NCBI GenBank assembly: GCA_009885395.1 | Contig: VFKT01000205.1 | Location: forward strand, 1-37,719 | DNA: 37,719 bases | Source of the DNA: Deltaproteobacteria bacterium | GTDB taxonomy: Bacteria > Desulfobacterota > Binatia > UBA12015 | Direction: 5' to 3' | Shown here: in pieces, positions 8,176-15,603 of the stretch | Layout: each line of letters begins with the position of its first letter | Numbering within the stretch: the stretch's first letter is position 1 | Program-made: the position numbers and the translations under genes | The notes under the pieces: generated by a model | Databases searched by the model: none | What the model saw: the letters and a program-made list of their open reading frames with translations, nothing else | What the model was told of the DNA's origin: nothing

Positions 8176-9255
8176 ATGGCCGGTTCCTATCCCCGCCCGT
8201 TGCCAAGAGCGAGCCGGACCGCGACCATCAGCGCCATGCAATCTGCCTCATTCACCCGTGAAGAACTGCTCTCGAACCATGCCTTTGCCCGGCCGCACGA
8301 AGCGGCCGGCCGGCGTCTGCACGGCGGCCTCGACGCGCAAGGCCGCTACCTGCCACCGCGCACGCAGGTGCGCGAGCCGGCGGTTCGCGCCTGGGAACAG
8401 CGCCTGGTCGAGCGCGGCGGCGAATTGCTCCGCGCCGACCTCTCGCTGCTGCCGGCACCTTTGTTTCCGAACTTCGAACAGCAAAAATGCTTGCTCGCGC
8501 ACGGGCTTGGTCAAACCCTCTGGAACACCCTCACCATCACGGGTGTCATCGAGGCCCGCGGCAAAATCCTCGCCGAGTTCCCGGCACCCGAATTCGCCGA
8601 TGTCGTCGAGGACGATCTCTCCGAGACCGCGACCGGCCATTTGCGCCGCGGCCTGCTCGAAGCGCATGGCTTCGACGAGGGCGGCGCACCCGACTCGGAT
8701 CTGGGCGCGCACGACGCGATGTGGTTTGCGGCCCGCGATCTCGCTTTAGGTATTGACAGCTACCCGATGCCCGAGATCCCCGAAAGCATCGGACGACCGG
8801 ACGCGGGCCGGCTTTGCCCCTCTCTGCCCATCGGCCACGAGATGATGCTCTCGCTGCTCGCGAATGTGCTCTTGATCGAAATTCGCGCCGAGAAGGTGTT
8901 CTCGTTCGTGCAGGCCCTGCTGCGCCAGCATCAGCTCTTCAGGGCCAGAACGTCCGACCTCGAACTCGCGCACGAAATGATCGCGCGCATCCGGACCGAC
9001 GAGGCGATCCATGTGGATTATCTGCGGCTGGTGCTCTCCGAGTTGAGGACCTTCACCTTTCGCGGCCTCGACGGTTCCCGGCTCCCGGGCACGGCCGTGC
9101 TCGACCCGCTTTGGAACGCCGTCGTGCAATGGCACGCGCTGGAGAACCCACGCCTTGCCCGGGCGCAGATGGAACCCGTCCTGCGGGCGCGCATTCTGAC
9201 GCATCCCGAGGGCGCGGCTATCCTTGAGGAGATCGAAAGCCTCGCCGATGCCTGA
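8176..9255 (+). CDS. hypothetical protein (helical; weak ferritin-like/di-iron-type ExxH hints)
   Basis: 359-codon ORF with normal composition. Possible metal-ligand helices GVIEARG, LIEIRAE and RTDEAIHVDYL. No family recognised. An alternative start is ATG 8236 (MQSASF...). Confidence 0.55.
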   Translation: MAGSYPRPLPRASRTATISAMQSASFTREELLSNHAFARPHEAAGRRLHGGLDAQGRYLPPRTQVREPAVRAWEQRLVERGGELLRADLSLLPAPLFPNFEQQKCLLAHGLGQTLWNTLTITGVIEARGKILAEFPAPEFADVVEDDLSETATGHLRRGLLEAHGFDEGGAPDSDLGAHDAMWFAARDLALGIDSYPMPEIPESIGRPDAGRLCPSLPIGHEMMLSLLANVLLIEIRAEKVFSFVQALLRQHQLFRARTSDLELAHEMIARIRTDEAIHVDYLRLVLSELRTFTFRGLDGSRLPGTAVLDPLWNAVVQWHALENPRLARAQMEPVLRARILTHPEGAAILEEIESLADA

Positions 9256-9290
9256 GCCTTGCCGCCCCGTCAGTCGGCTAGTTTATTTTT

Positions 9291-10037
9291 TTACCTGACT
9301 AGCAGTCCCGCCGCTTCGACCAACTCGCGCAGAACGCCGGCCCGGGCCGTGGGATCGTAGTGGTAGCGAATCTGTGCCTCGGAGTAGCGCCAATCGCGAC
9401 CGATAGGGCAGGCGTCCCGTACCCCAAGCCAGCGCGGCCAATCGCCACCGAAACCCGCCGCGGCCAGCGGCCGGCCACCCAGAGCCTCGTCAAGGGCTGT
9501 TTTACAGGGCGCGACGCAACCGGCGCAGGGCTGAAGCTGCGGCAAAGCTGGAACCGGCGGACCCGGGGCATCGAGCAGGGCCACGGCACGCAACGAGATC
9601 CAGGGCCCGAAGTTCGGATGCGCCACCAGAGCGGCCGGCCCGAGCGGCGCCAGTCCCGCAAGAACGGCCAGGCGCTGGATCGCCAGCCGTGGCGGCGGGT
9701 CGTGGGCGAAACGAAGCTGTACGCGCTCGCCGAGTGATCCCAGCGTCGAGTCGATTGTTTTTTCAATCCAATGATCAAAAGGTTCGTCGGTCGCCGCGAG
9801 CGGCGGATCCAAAGTCACTGCAGCCGCAAAAGCGGGCCAGAGGGAGCGACTCGCCCCGATCAGCAGGGCGAGACCGTCTGGGCGCAACGCGGCGGGCAGA
9901 CCGAGTGCCGTGGGATCGGCGCGGCCGTGCAGGTCGGCGCGAAACGGTTGAACGAGGTCGAAGCCGGCTCGGCCAAGCGCGGCTGCCGCCCGTTCTGCAA
10001 GTTTCTGCGACAGCCCGCCCGGTGCATCATCGACCAC
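9291..10037 (-). CDS. MMACHC/CblC-like (cobalamin-processing) family protein
   Basis: Collinear resemblance to human MMACHC, from memory. [14 protein letters not shown] resembles [29 protein letters not shown] resembles [44 protein letters not shown] resembles [40 protein letters not shown] resembles ERYSEEQKAYF. GTG start at 10037, TAA at 9291-9293. Confidence 0.6.
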   Translation of the reverse strand: [248 protein letters not shown]

Positions 10038-10050
10038 AGACGCAGCCTAG

Positions 10051-10140
10051 CAGGCGCGGCACGCGTGACAGGCGCGGCACGCGTGACAGGCGCGGTACGC
10101 GTGACAGGCGCGGCACGCGTGACAGGCGCGGCAGACGCGA
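10051..10140. repeat. 18-bp tandem repeat, 4 near-perfect plus 1 degenerate copies, each with a CACGCGTG palindrome
   Basis: CAGGCGCGGCACGCGTGA occurs at 10051, 10069, 10087 (one C>T) and 10105, with a degenerate copy at 10123-10140. The array lies in the 282-bp divergent intergenic region and starts 14 nt upstream of the CblC-like GTG. Confidence 0.9.
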
Positions 10141-10319
10141 CGCGGGCGCGGGCACGCGCGGCAGCTGCGGAAAATCGCGGCCGGCATCGACCAGAGCCGC
10201 TCGGCGCGCCCGCGGCGCTTGCAGAATGCCCCGGAAACCCGGACGATCGACGCCACCTCGCCGAGAGCCGGGCCGCGCCCGTCGGCGCGACCCGGGCGGC
10301 GACCATGGAGGGACGAACG

Positions 10320-10730
10320 ATGGACAAGCTGTCACGCTACGAAGAACAGGCCTACGCTCTGCTGCGCATGGTCATTGGTTTTCTTTTCGCTTGCCATGGC
10401 GCCCAGAAGATCTTCGGCCTCTTTGGTGAGCTTCCGGGCGAAATGCCACCCGTGCTGCTCTGGAGTGCGGGCTTGATCGAATTGATCGGAGGCACCCTCG
10501 TCGCCATCGGCCTCTTCACCCGATGGGCAGCCTTCCTATCAAGCGGATGCATGGCCGTCGGCTACTTCCTGGTCCACCAAAAGAACCATCTCCTGCCGAT
10601 CGTGAACCATGGCGAGCTCGCTTCGATCTACGCCTGGGTCTTCCTCTACATCTCGACCCGCGGAGACGGCCTCTGGAGCGTCGGCCAGGGCCGGGGGCAG
10701 GCCCCCGCCGTGTCAATCGACGTTCGTTGA
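10320..10730 (+). CDS. DoxX family membrane protein
   Basis: MDKLSRYEEQAYALLRMVIGFLFACHGAQKIFG... with four hydrophobic segments. ATG 10320 is preceded by GGAGGGA. An alternative start is ATG 10305. The long upstream ORF extension (from 9771) runs through the tandem repeat and is not credible. Confidence 0.85.
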   Translation: MDKLSRYEEQAYALLRMVIGFLFACHGAQKIFGLFGELPGEMPPVLLWSAGLIELIGGTLVAIGLFTRWAAFLSSGCMAVGYFLVHQKNHLLPIVNHGELASIYAWVFLYISTRGDGLWSVGQGRGQAPAVSIDVR

Positions 10731-10816
10731 AGCGGCGGCCTCGCCAACCCGAACCCGGGGCGACGCGCGGGCCAAACCTGGTGTCAATCCACGTTCGTTG
10801 AAGCGGCGGCCTCGCC
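10710..10816. repeat. 36-bp direct repeat (35/36 identical) with 71-bp period, duplicating the doxX 3' end and stop codon
   Basis: GTGTCAATCGACGTTCGTTGAAGCGGCGGCCTCGCC at 10710-10745 and GTGTCAATCCACGTTCGTTGAAGCGGCGGCCTCGCC at 10781-10816. The sequence just 5' of both copies begins CCGGGG and is loosely similar. Confidence 0.85.
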
Positions 10817-10846
10817 CTTGCCCGGCCAGGCGGCTAGTTTGCCAAG

Positions 10847-12142
10847 GTGCACCGCACCGCACCGACCTACTACGCGCTGCAGGTCGGCTCGAACTGGGGT
10901 TGGTTCCTCGGCCCCTTCTACCCGCTCTTTCTACTGAGCCTCGGCCTCTCGTTCACCGAGGCCAGCGCAGTACTCGCGACGTATTTCATCACGACGCTGC
11001 TCTTTGAGGTGCCCACCGGGGCGGTCGCCGATCTCTACGGGCGCCGGGTCTCGTTCCTCGCCTCGTGCGTGGTGCGAACGGGGGCCTTTTTGCTTTATTA
11101 TTTCGCGGACGGTTTTGCCGATTGCCTGGTGGCCGAAGCGGTCGACGCCATCGGCACCGCCCTCTCGAGCGGTGCCCTGGAAGCCTGGGTAATCGACGAG
11201 ATGGAGGCCGAAGGCGACCCGCGCCCCGCCGACCGCCTCTTCGCCAGCGCCAATGTCTGGATGCGAAGCGTGATGGCGCTGGCGGGAATCTTGGGAACTC
11301 TGGTTGCGACAATCGACATCTACCTGCCCTGGCTGGTCGGTGCGGCGGGCTATGCAACAACCTTCTTCTTCGCCCTCGCCTTCATGCACGAAACTCGGCT
11401 GCCCAATGCCGCCGGACGAGACGCGGCTGCCACGGCAGACCAGCCCGGGTCGGTCGCGCGGCGGCGGACCCTCGCCGGATTGGTCGCGGCCGCTGGCTCG
11501 AATCTGGTGACGACCCTGCGCGAAGCGGTCTCGGAGGTCCTGGCCTCGCCGACCGTGCGCCTGCTCTGCCTGCTGACCGTGGGTACGGCCTTTGGTGTGA
11601 TGCCAGTTTATTTTGGTTGGCCCGCATTCCTCGACGACATGGTCGGCGGAGATCTGCTGCAACTCGGCTTCGTCTGGGCGGCCGTCAGCCTCGCCTCGGC
11701 ACTCGGCAGCGCGAGCGTGCCCGCGGCGCTGCGCGTGGCCGACCGACCGCAACTGCTTGCCTTGACCATGGCGCTCCGCGGCGCCGGCATCGTGCTGGTG
11801 GCGCTTGCCACCGGAGTCGGTCAGGCGCTGCTCGGCCTGATCCTGCTCGAAACGGGGCTCGGCTTGTCGCATCCAATTTTGCAAGCCTGGGTTAACGAGC
11901 ACGTCGGGACCGAACGCCGTGCGACGGTTCTCTCTCTGGTGCAGATGAGTTTCACCAGCGGTGGTGCGGTCGGCCTGCTGCTGCTCGGACGTCTCGCCGA
12001 GTTGCAGGGCTTCACGAGTGCCTGGTTGATCGCCGGGCTCTTGCTGGTCGGCCTCGCTCCGGTCTTCCTGTTGATCCGCTGGCAGGACCTGGCGCTCGCT
12101 GCAACGGTCGAGGGCTCGTCGGAACCTGCGGAAGGGGCTTAG
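10847..12142 (+). CDS. MFS transporter
   Basis: 431 aa with about 12 hydrophobic segments. The MFS loop motif GAVADLYGRR lies between TM2 and TM3. GTG start at 10847, TAG at 12140-12142. Confidence 0.9.
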   Translation: MHRTAPTYYALQVGSNWGWFLGPFYPLFLLSLGLSFTEASAVLATYFITTLLFEVPTGAVADLYGRRVSFLASCVVRTGAFLLYYFADGFADCLVAEAVDAIGTALSSGALEAWVIDEMEAEGDPRPADRLFASANVWMRSVMALAGILGTLVATIDIYLPWLVGAAGYATTFFFALAFMHETRLPNAAGRDAAATADQPGSVARRRTLAGLVAAAGSNLVTTLREAVSEVLASPTVRLLCLLTVGTAFGVMPVYFGWPAFLDDMVGGDLLQLGFVWAAVSLASALGSASVPAALRVADRPQLLALTMALRGAGIVLVALATGVGQALLGLILLETGLGLSHPILQAWVNEHVGTERRATVLSLVQMSFTSGGAVGLLLLGRLAELQGFTSAWLIAGLLLVGLAPVFLLIRWQDLALAATVEGSSEPAEGA

Positions 12143-13878
12143 CCGATCGGCTCCGTTGCCTCGCGTCGTCGTGCCCCCTCGGCGAGGAAAAGCGCCAGTT
12201 CCGCCCGTCGGATCTTGCCAGAATCGGTGAAGGGTAATTCGTCGGCGCGGCAAATCCTGAAATAACCTGGAATTTTATACGACGAAAGCTGGACCCGCAG
12301 AGCAACCCGGATCTGCGCCACATCGAGCACGGTTTCAGCAGCGGCAACCAACGCCGCCGCGACGCGCTCGCCCCGGTCTTCGTCCGGGATGCCCACCACC
12401 CATGCCTGCGCCACGCCCGGCAGCGCGGATAGCGCCGCCTCGACTTCGGCAGGTGAAACATTGGCCCCACCCGTTTTGATGACATCGCCAAGCCGCCCCT
12501 CGAAGAAGAGCCAGCCGTCCTCGCTGAGATGGCCTGCATCACCCGTCGGGTAGAATCCGTCGCGCGTAAAGATCTCTTCGCGTTCCTTTTTATAGAGCCC
12601 CTGCAGCACAGTCGACCCACGCACCTCGATTTCGCCCGAAACGCCCGACGCCAGCACCGCGCGGGTCTTTGGATCGACGATGCGATGTTCGATCCCGGGC
12701 ACGCCGCGCCCAAACGCCCCGCGCAAATGCTCTGGCAGTTCGCCCGTGCCCGGAGGCGCCGCCGCATGCGGGCCGCAGGTCTCGGTCATGCCGAGCGAAT
12801 TCGAGCGCATCTGCGGGTCGCGCGGCCTTGCGGCCTCGGGCAGCAGGGCGAGCATGCTGCCGCGGCGGATCGTCGAGAGGTCACGCCCGGCAAAGGTTTC
12901 ATGCTCGACCATCGCCCGCGCAAAATGGGGCCACCCGATGACGACAGTGGCCCGCTCGGCTTCGAGTAAGTCAAGAGTTTTTTCCGGATCGAAGGCAGCA
13001 TGGGTGAGCAACGCCGCGCCCGAGGCCAGCGGGCCAAGCAGGGAAACGACGAAACCGCCAACCCAGAAGAAGGGCATCGGAGAATAGAGCCGTTCGTCGG
13101 GTCCAAGTTCATAGACCGCGGCCATCGCCTCTGCCTGCCGGACGATCGCACCATGGCTATGGACCACGCCTTTGGGACTGGCGGTGCTGCCCGAGCTGTA
13201 GACAATCGCCAGCCAGTCGGCGGCGCGGACCTCGGACTCGATCTCGGGCAGAAGGTCAGGGGTGGGCGCTCCTTCGCCAGGCTCGCCCCCGTTGGATATG
13301 AGCGCGACGCTGGCCGGTGGCCCGCCCCACTCCGAGCCCTCGCACCGGGCGTCGCCAACCCTTGCCGGGGCGCCAAGCAACGAAAGCTCTTCGACGCTGC
13401 CGCGCAGCCAGCCCCGCGCTGCATCGCCGACCTGCCGGATCTGCCGAAGATAGGGATGACTCGTCAACGCGAGTGCTCGATCGCCGCGAGCCGTGGCAAG
13501 TCCGCCGATCGCAGTCTCGAGTCGCTCAAGATAATCATGCCCGCGGAACGAGGGCGCGGTGATCAGTCGCGCAACGTCGGCATCGCGCAGCGCGTACGCC
13601 AGCTCGGGCGCCTGCCAGAAGGTGTTCAGCGCCACCGCGATGGCACCGATGCGGCCGATCGCAAAAAAACAAATGGCCCAATCGACGCCGTTGGGCAGCA
13701 AGAGCCCGATGCGCTCGCCCTTGCCCACGCCGTCGGCCAGCAGGCCGCGCGCGAGCTCGGCAGACCTTCGCTCGGCCTCGACGAAGCTGAGCCGCTCGCC
13801 ATCGGCAACCAACAACAATCGGTCGCCGTGCTGCAAAGCGGCCTCGCGAAGCAACGTCGGCAACGCGGGCGTCCTCAC
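12139..13878 (-). CDS. acyl-CoA synthetase / AMP-dependent ligase (class I adenylate-forming enzyme)
   Basis: YSSGSTASPKGV (P-loop), GMTETCG, YPTGDAG, GRLGDVIKTGGANV and the C-terminal SGKIRR are present. GTG start at 13878 forms a GTGA overlap with the upstream ORF's stop. The ORF-track extension to 14481 overlaps the upstream gene and is rejected. Confidence 0.9.
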   Translation of the reverse strand: MRTPALPTLLREAALQHGDRLLLVADGERLSFVEAERRSAELARGLLADGVGKGERIGLLLPNGVDWAICFFAIGRIGAIAVALNTFWQAPELAYALRDADVARLITAPSFRGHDYLERLETAIGGLATARGDRALALTSHPYLRQIRQVGDAARGWLRGSVEELSLLGAPARVGDARCEGSEWGGPPASVALISNGGEPGEGAPTPDLLPEIESEVRAADWLAIVYSSGSTASPKGVVHSHGAIVRQAEAMAAVYELGPDERLYSPMPFFWVGGFVVSLLGPLASGAALLTHAAFDPEKTLDLLEAERATVVIGWPHFARAMVEHETFAGRDLSTIRRGSMLALLPEAARPRDPQMRSNSLGMTETCGPHAAAPPGTGELPEHLRGAFGRGVPGIEHRIVDPKTRAVLASGVSGEIEVRGSTVLQGLYKKEREEIFTRDGFYPTGDAGHLSEDGWLFFEGRLGDVIKTGGANVSPAEVEAALSALPGVAQAWVVGIPDEDRGERVAAALVAAAETVLDVAQIRVALRVQLSSYKIPGYFRICRADELPFTDSGKIRRAELALFLAEGARRREATEPIG

Positions 13879-14549
13879 GAAATCGCACCCCAGGCCATCG
13901 GATTGCGACGCATAAAGAAATGGCTCTTCAGGTTGGCGACCAGGCAGCCAAGATGGCGCAAGCGGTTGCGGGGCGGCGGTGGCCACATGCGCCGGGCGAT
14001 CAATTTTAGCGAATAGAAGCGCCGATGGGCCTCGGCAAAACCCTCCCTGAGCTGTGTCGGGCTCAGCTCCCTCGGTTCGACGACGAGAGAAGCGTAATCG
14101 TGGTGGGACCAATCGTCGTCGATGATGCGGCCCTCCTCCGCCAGCCGGTGGTGGAACTCGGTGCCCGGGTAGGGCGCTGGCGTAAAGAACCTGGCCAACA
14201 AGACCTTCGTCTGTTCGAAAAAATCGGCTGTACGTTGAAGAACGGGCTCGTCCTGCCCATGGAGTCCGAGCGTCACCAATCCGATCACTCGGATCCCGCG
14301 CGCCAGAAAGGCATCGGCCAGTTCGTAAGCGCGTGCGATCTGCGGCCCCATCGCGGTGATGCCACCCACATCGCAAGGCCGATCGGGATCGACCTCGCCG
14401 AGCAATTCGTCCACCATCTCGACCTGCCAGGGCGGCGGCGGCAGCGCCTTCAAGGTGGGCCGGGCAGGCGCGCCGGTCCAATATTGCGTGGACTTCAACA
14501 GCGTGCCGTCGCGCTGCCGATAGTTCGGCGACACCAGGTAAAGCCGCAT
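13875..14549 (-). CDS. B12-binding-domain / radical-SAM C-terminal (DUF4070-like) fusion lacking the CxxxCxxC core (possible in-frame-deleted remnant)
   Basis: ATG 14549 is preceded by AGGGAAGAATCC. The N-terminus MRLYLVSPNY...WQVEMVDELL...GGITAMGPQIARAYELADAFLARGIRVIG resembles the B12-binding domain of class B rSAM enzymes. It runs directly into LVTLGLHGQDEPVLQRTADFFEQ...FFTPAPYPGTEFHHRLAEEGRII...RRFYSL, which resembles the end of the rSAM barrel plus the C-terminal domain. There is no Cys triad anywhere in the 224 aa. Confidence 0.55.
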   Translation of the reverse strand: MRLYLVSPNYRQRDGTLLKSTQYWTGAPARPTLKALPPPPWQVEMVDELLGEVDPDRPCDVGGITAMGPQIARAYELADAFLARGIRVIGLVTLGLHGQDEPVLQRTADFFEQTKVLLARFFTPAPYPGTEFHHRLAEEGRIIDDDWSHHDYASLVVEPRELSPTQLREGFAEAHRRFYSLKLIARRMWPPPPRNRLRHLGCLVANLKSHFFMRRNPMAWGAIS

Positions 14550-14814
14550 GGATTCTTCCCTACCAGCGACGGCCCAGTGAGACGAGGCCTTCATCCTGGT
14601 CGGTTTCGACCGCGCGAGCCTGCCGCTGGACGCTGGCACATTGACCCGCGACGGCCTTGGGCAGGCCGGAGGGATTCTTTTTCGCCGATCGGTGCCCGGC
14701 ACGGCCTACGGCAAACAAGCTCGGGTTGCTGATCCGGCTATGGGGCGAATCCAAGAACCGGGATTGGGAGAACGGGATCGAAGTTCTAGCAAATCTTCCG
14801 CTCTGCTGCGACGC

Positions 14815-15582
14815 TCAACGAATCCATGCGGCAACACAGCTCACCAGCACCAGCGCCAGTACCACGCGTTGCAGCACCTTTGGCGAGCTGCGCAACGAAA
14901 ACGCGACCGCGAGCCGTGCGCCCGCCACCATGCCAATCGAAAGAGCCAGCCCGGGCAGCCAGAGCACTTGCCCTGCCACCGCAAAAATCAGAGCTGCCAG
15001 CAGGGTGGCGAAGGCAATCACAAGGCTTTTGAGGGCGTTGGCCGCGGTCAGGTCGTAGCGAAGTTGGCCGCAAAGCACGGCCAGCATCAAGAGGCCCACT
15101 CCCGCCTGAAGCAATCCACTATAGAAACCGACTGCGACCAACGTGAGCTGGTTGCGGGTATCCGGGGCCCGGCGGGTGACGCCGGCTTCGACGTCAGGCG
15201 CCAGAATAGATGGCCGCAAGAAAAGCAGAACAGCCAGGCCGGTGGTCACGCCGAGCATCAGAACCCGCAGCAACTCGCCGGGCATGGAGGCCGCCAGCAA
15301 GGCACCCAGCAGCGCTCCTGCGAGCGTCGGCAGGATGACGGCGCGTGCGCCGGAGCGATCAAGGCGACCGGCTTGATCGAAGAAAGCCGTGCCCGCAAAC
15401 GATTGCACGACGATCGCCACCCGATTGGTCGCGTTGGCGGCATGCGGAGAGAGACCGAACAAAAGAAGCACCGGCAGCGTGAGCAGCGAGCCGCCACCGG
15501 CAAGCGTGTTGATCACGCCGGCAAGCAGCCCGACCCCGATCAGCGCCGCGGCAGACCAGAATTCAATCCCCTCAATAGCCAT
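14815..15582 (-). CDS. TauE/SafE (DUF81) family anion permease
   Basis: 255 aa, polytopic. GVINTLAGGGSLLTLPVLLLFG and a second-half repeat are typical of TauE/SafE. AGGAA lies upstream of ATG 15582. Confidence 0.85.
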   Translation of the reverse strand: MAIEGIEFWSAAALIGVGLLAGVINTLAGGGSLLTLPVLLLFGLSPHAANATNRVAIVVQSFAGTAFFDQAGRLDRSGARAVILPTLAGALLGALLAASMPGELLRVLMLGVTTGLAVLLFLRPSILAPDVEAGVTRRAPDTRNQLTLVAVGFYSGLLQAGVGLLMLAVLCGQLRYDLTAANALKSLVIAFATLLAALIFAVAGQVLWLPGLALSIGMVAGARLAVAFSLRSSPKVLQRVVLALVLVSCVAAWIR

Positions 15583-15603
15583 TTCGTTCCTGTGTGACGC
15601 GTC

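Noticed and set aside
9269-9303. AT-rich patch (TAGTTTATTTTTTTACC) between convergent genes as a bidirectional terminator
   Set aside because: Only a weak 6-bp stem (GCTAGT/ACTAGC) with a 16-nt loop can be drawn. That is not enough to call a terminator.
10051-10140. The tandem repeat as a CRISPR array
   Set aside because: The units are contiguous with no spacers and are only 18 bp long. The window contains no cas genes.
10710-10816. The 36-bp direct repeats as att sites or target-site duplication of a mobile element
   Set aside because: Only 35 bp lie between the copies, and no integrase, transposase or tRNA is nearby. A local tandem duplication is the simpler explanation.
14560-14754. 64-codon ORF just upstream of the B12/rSAM-like ORF as a possible RiPP precursor peptide
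   Set aside because: The only possible start is TTG, with no SD and no internal ATG or GTG. The composition is unremarkable, so I cannot support it from sequence alone.
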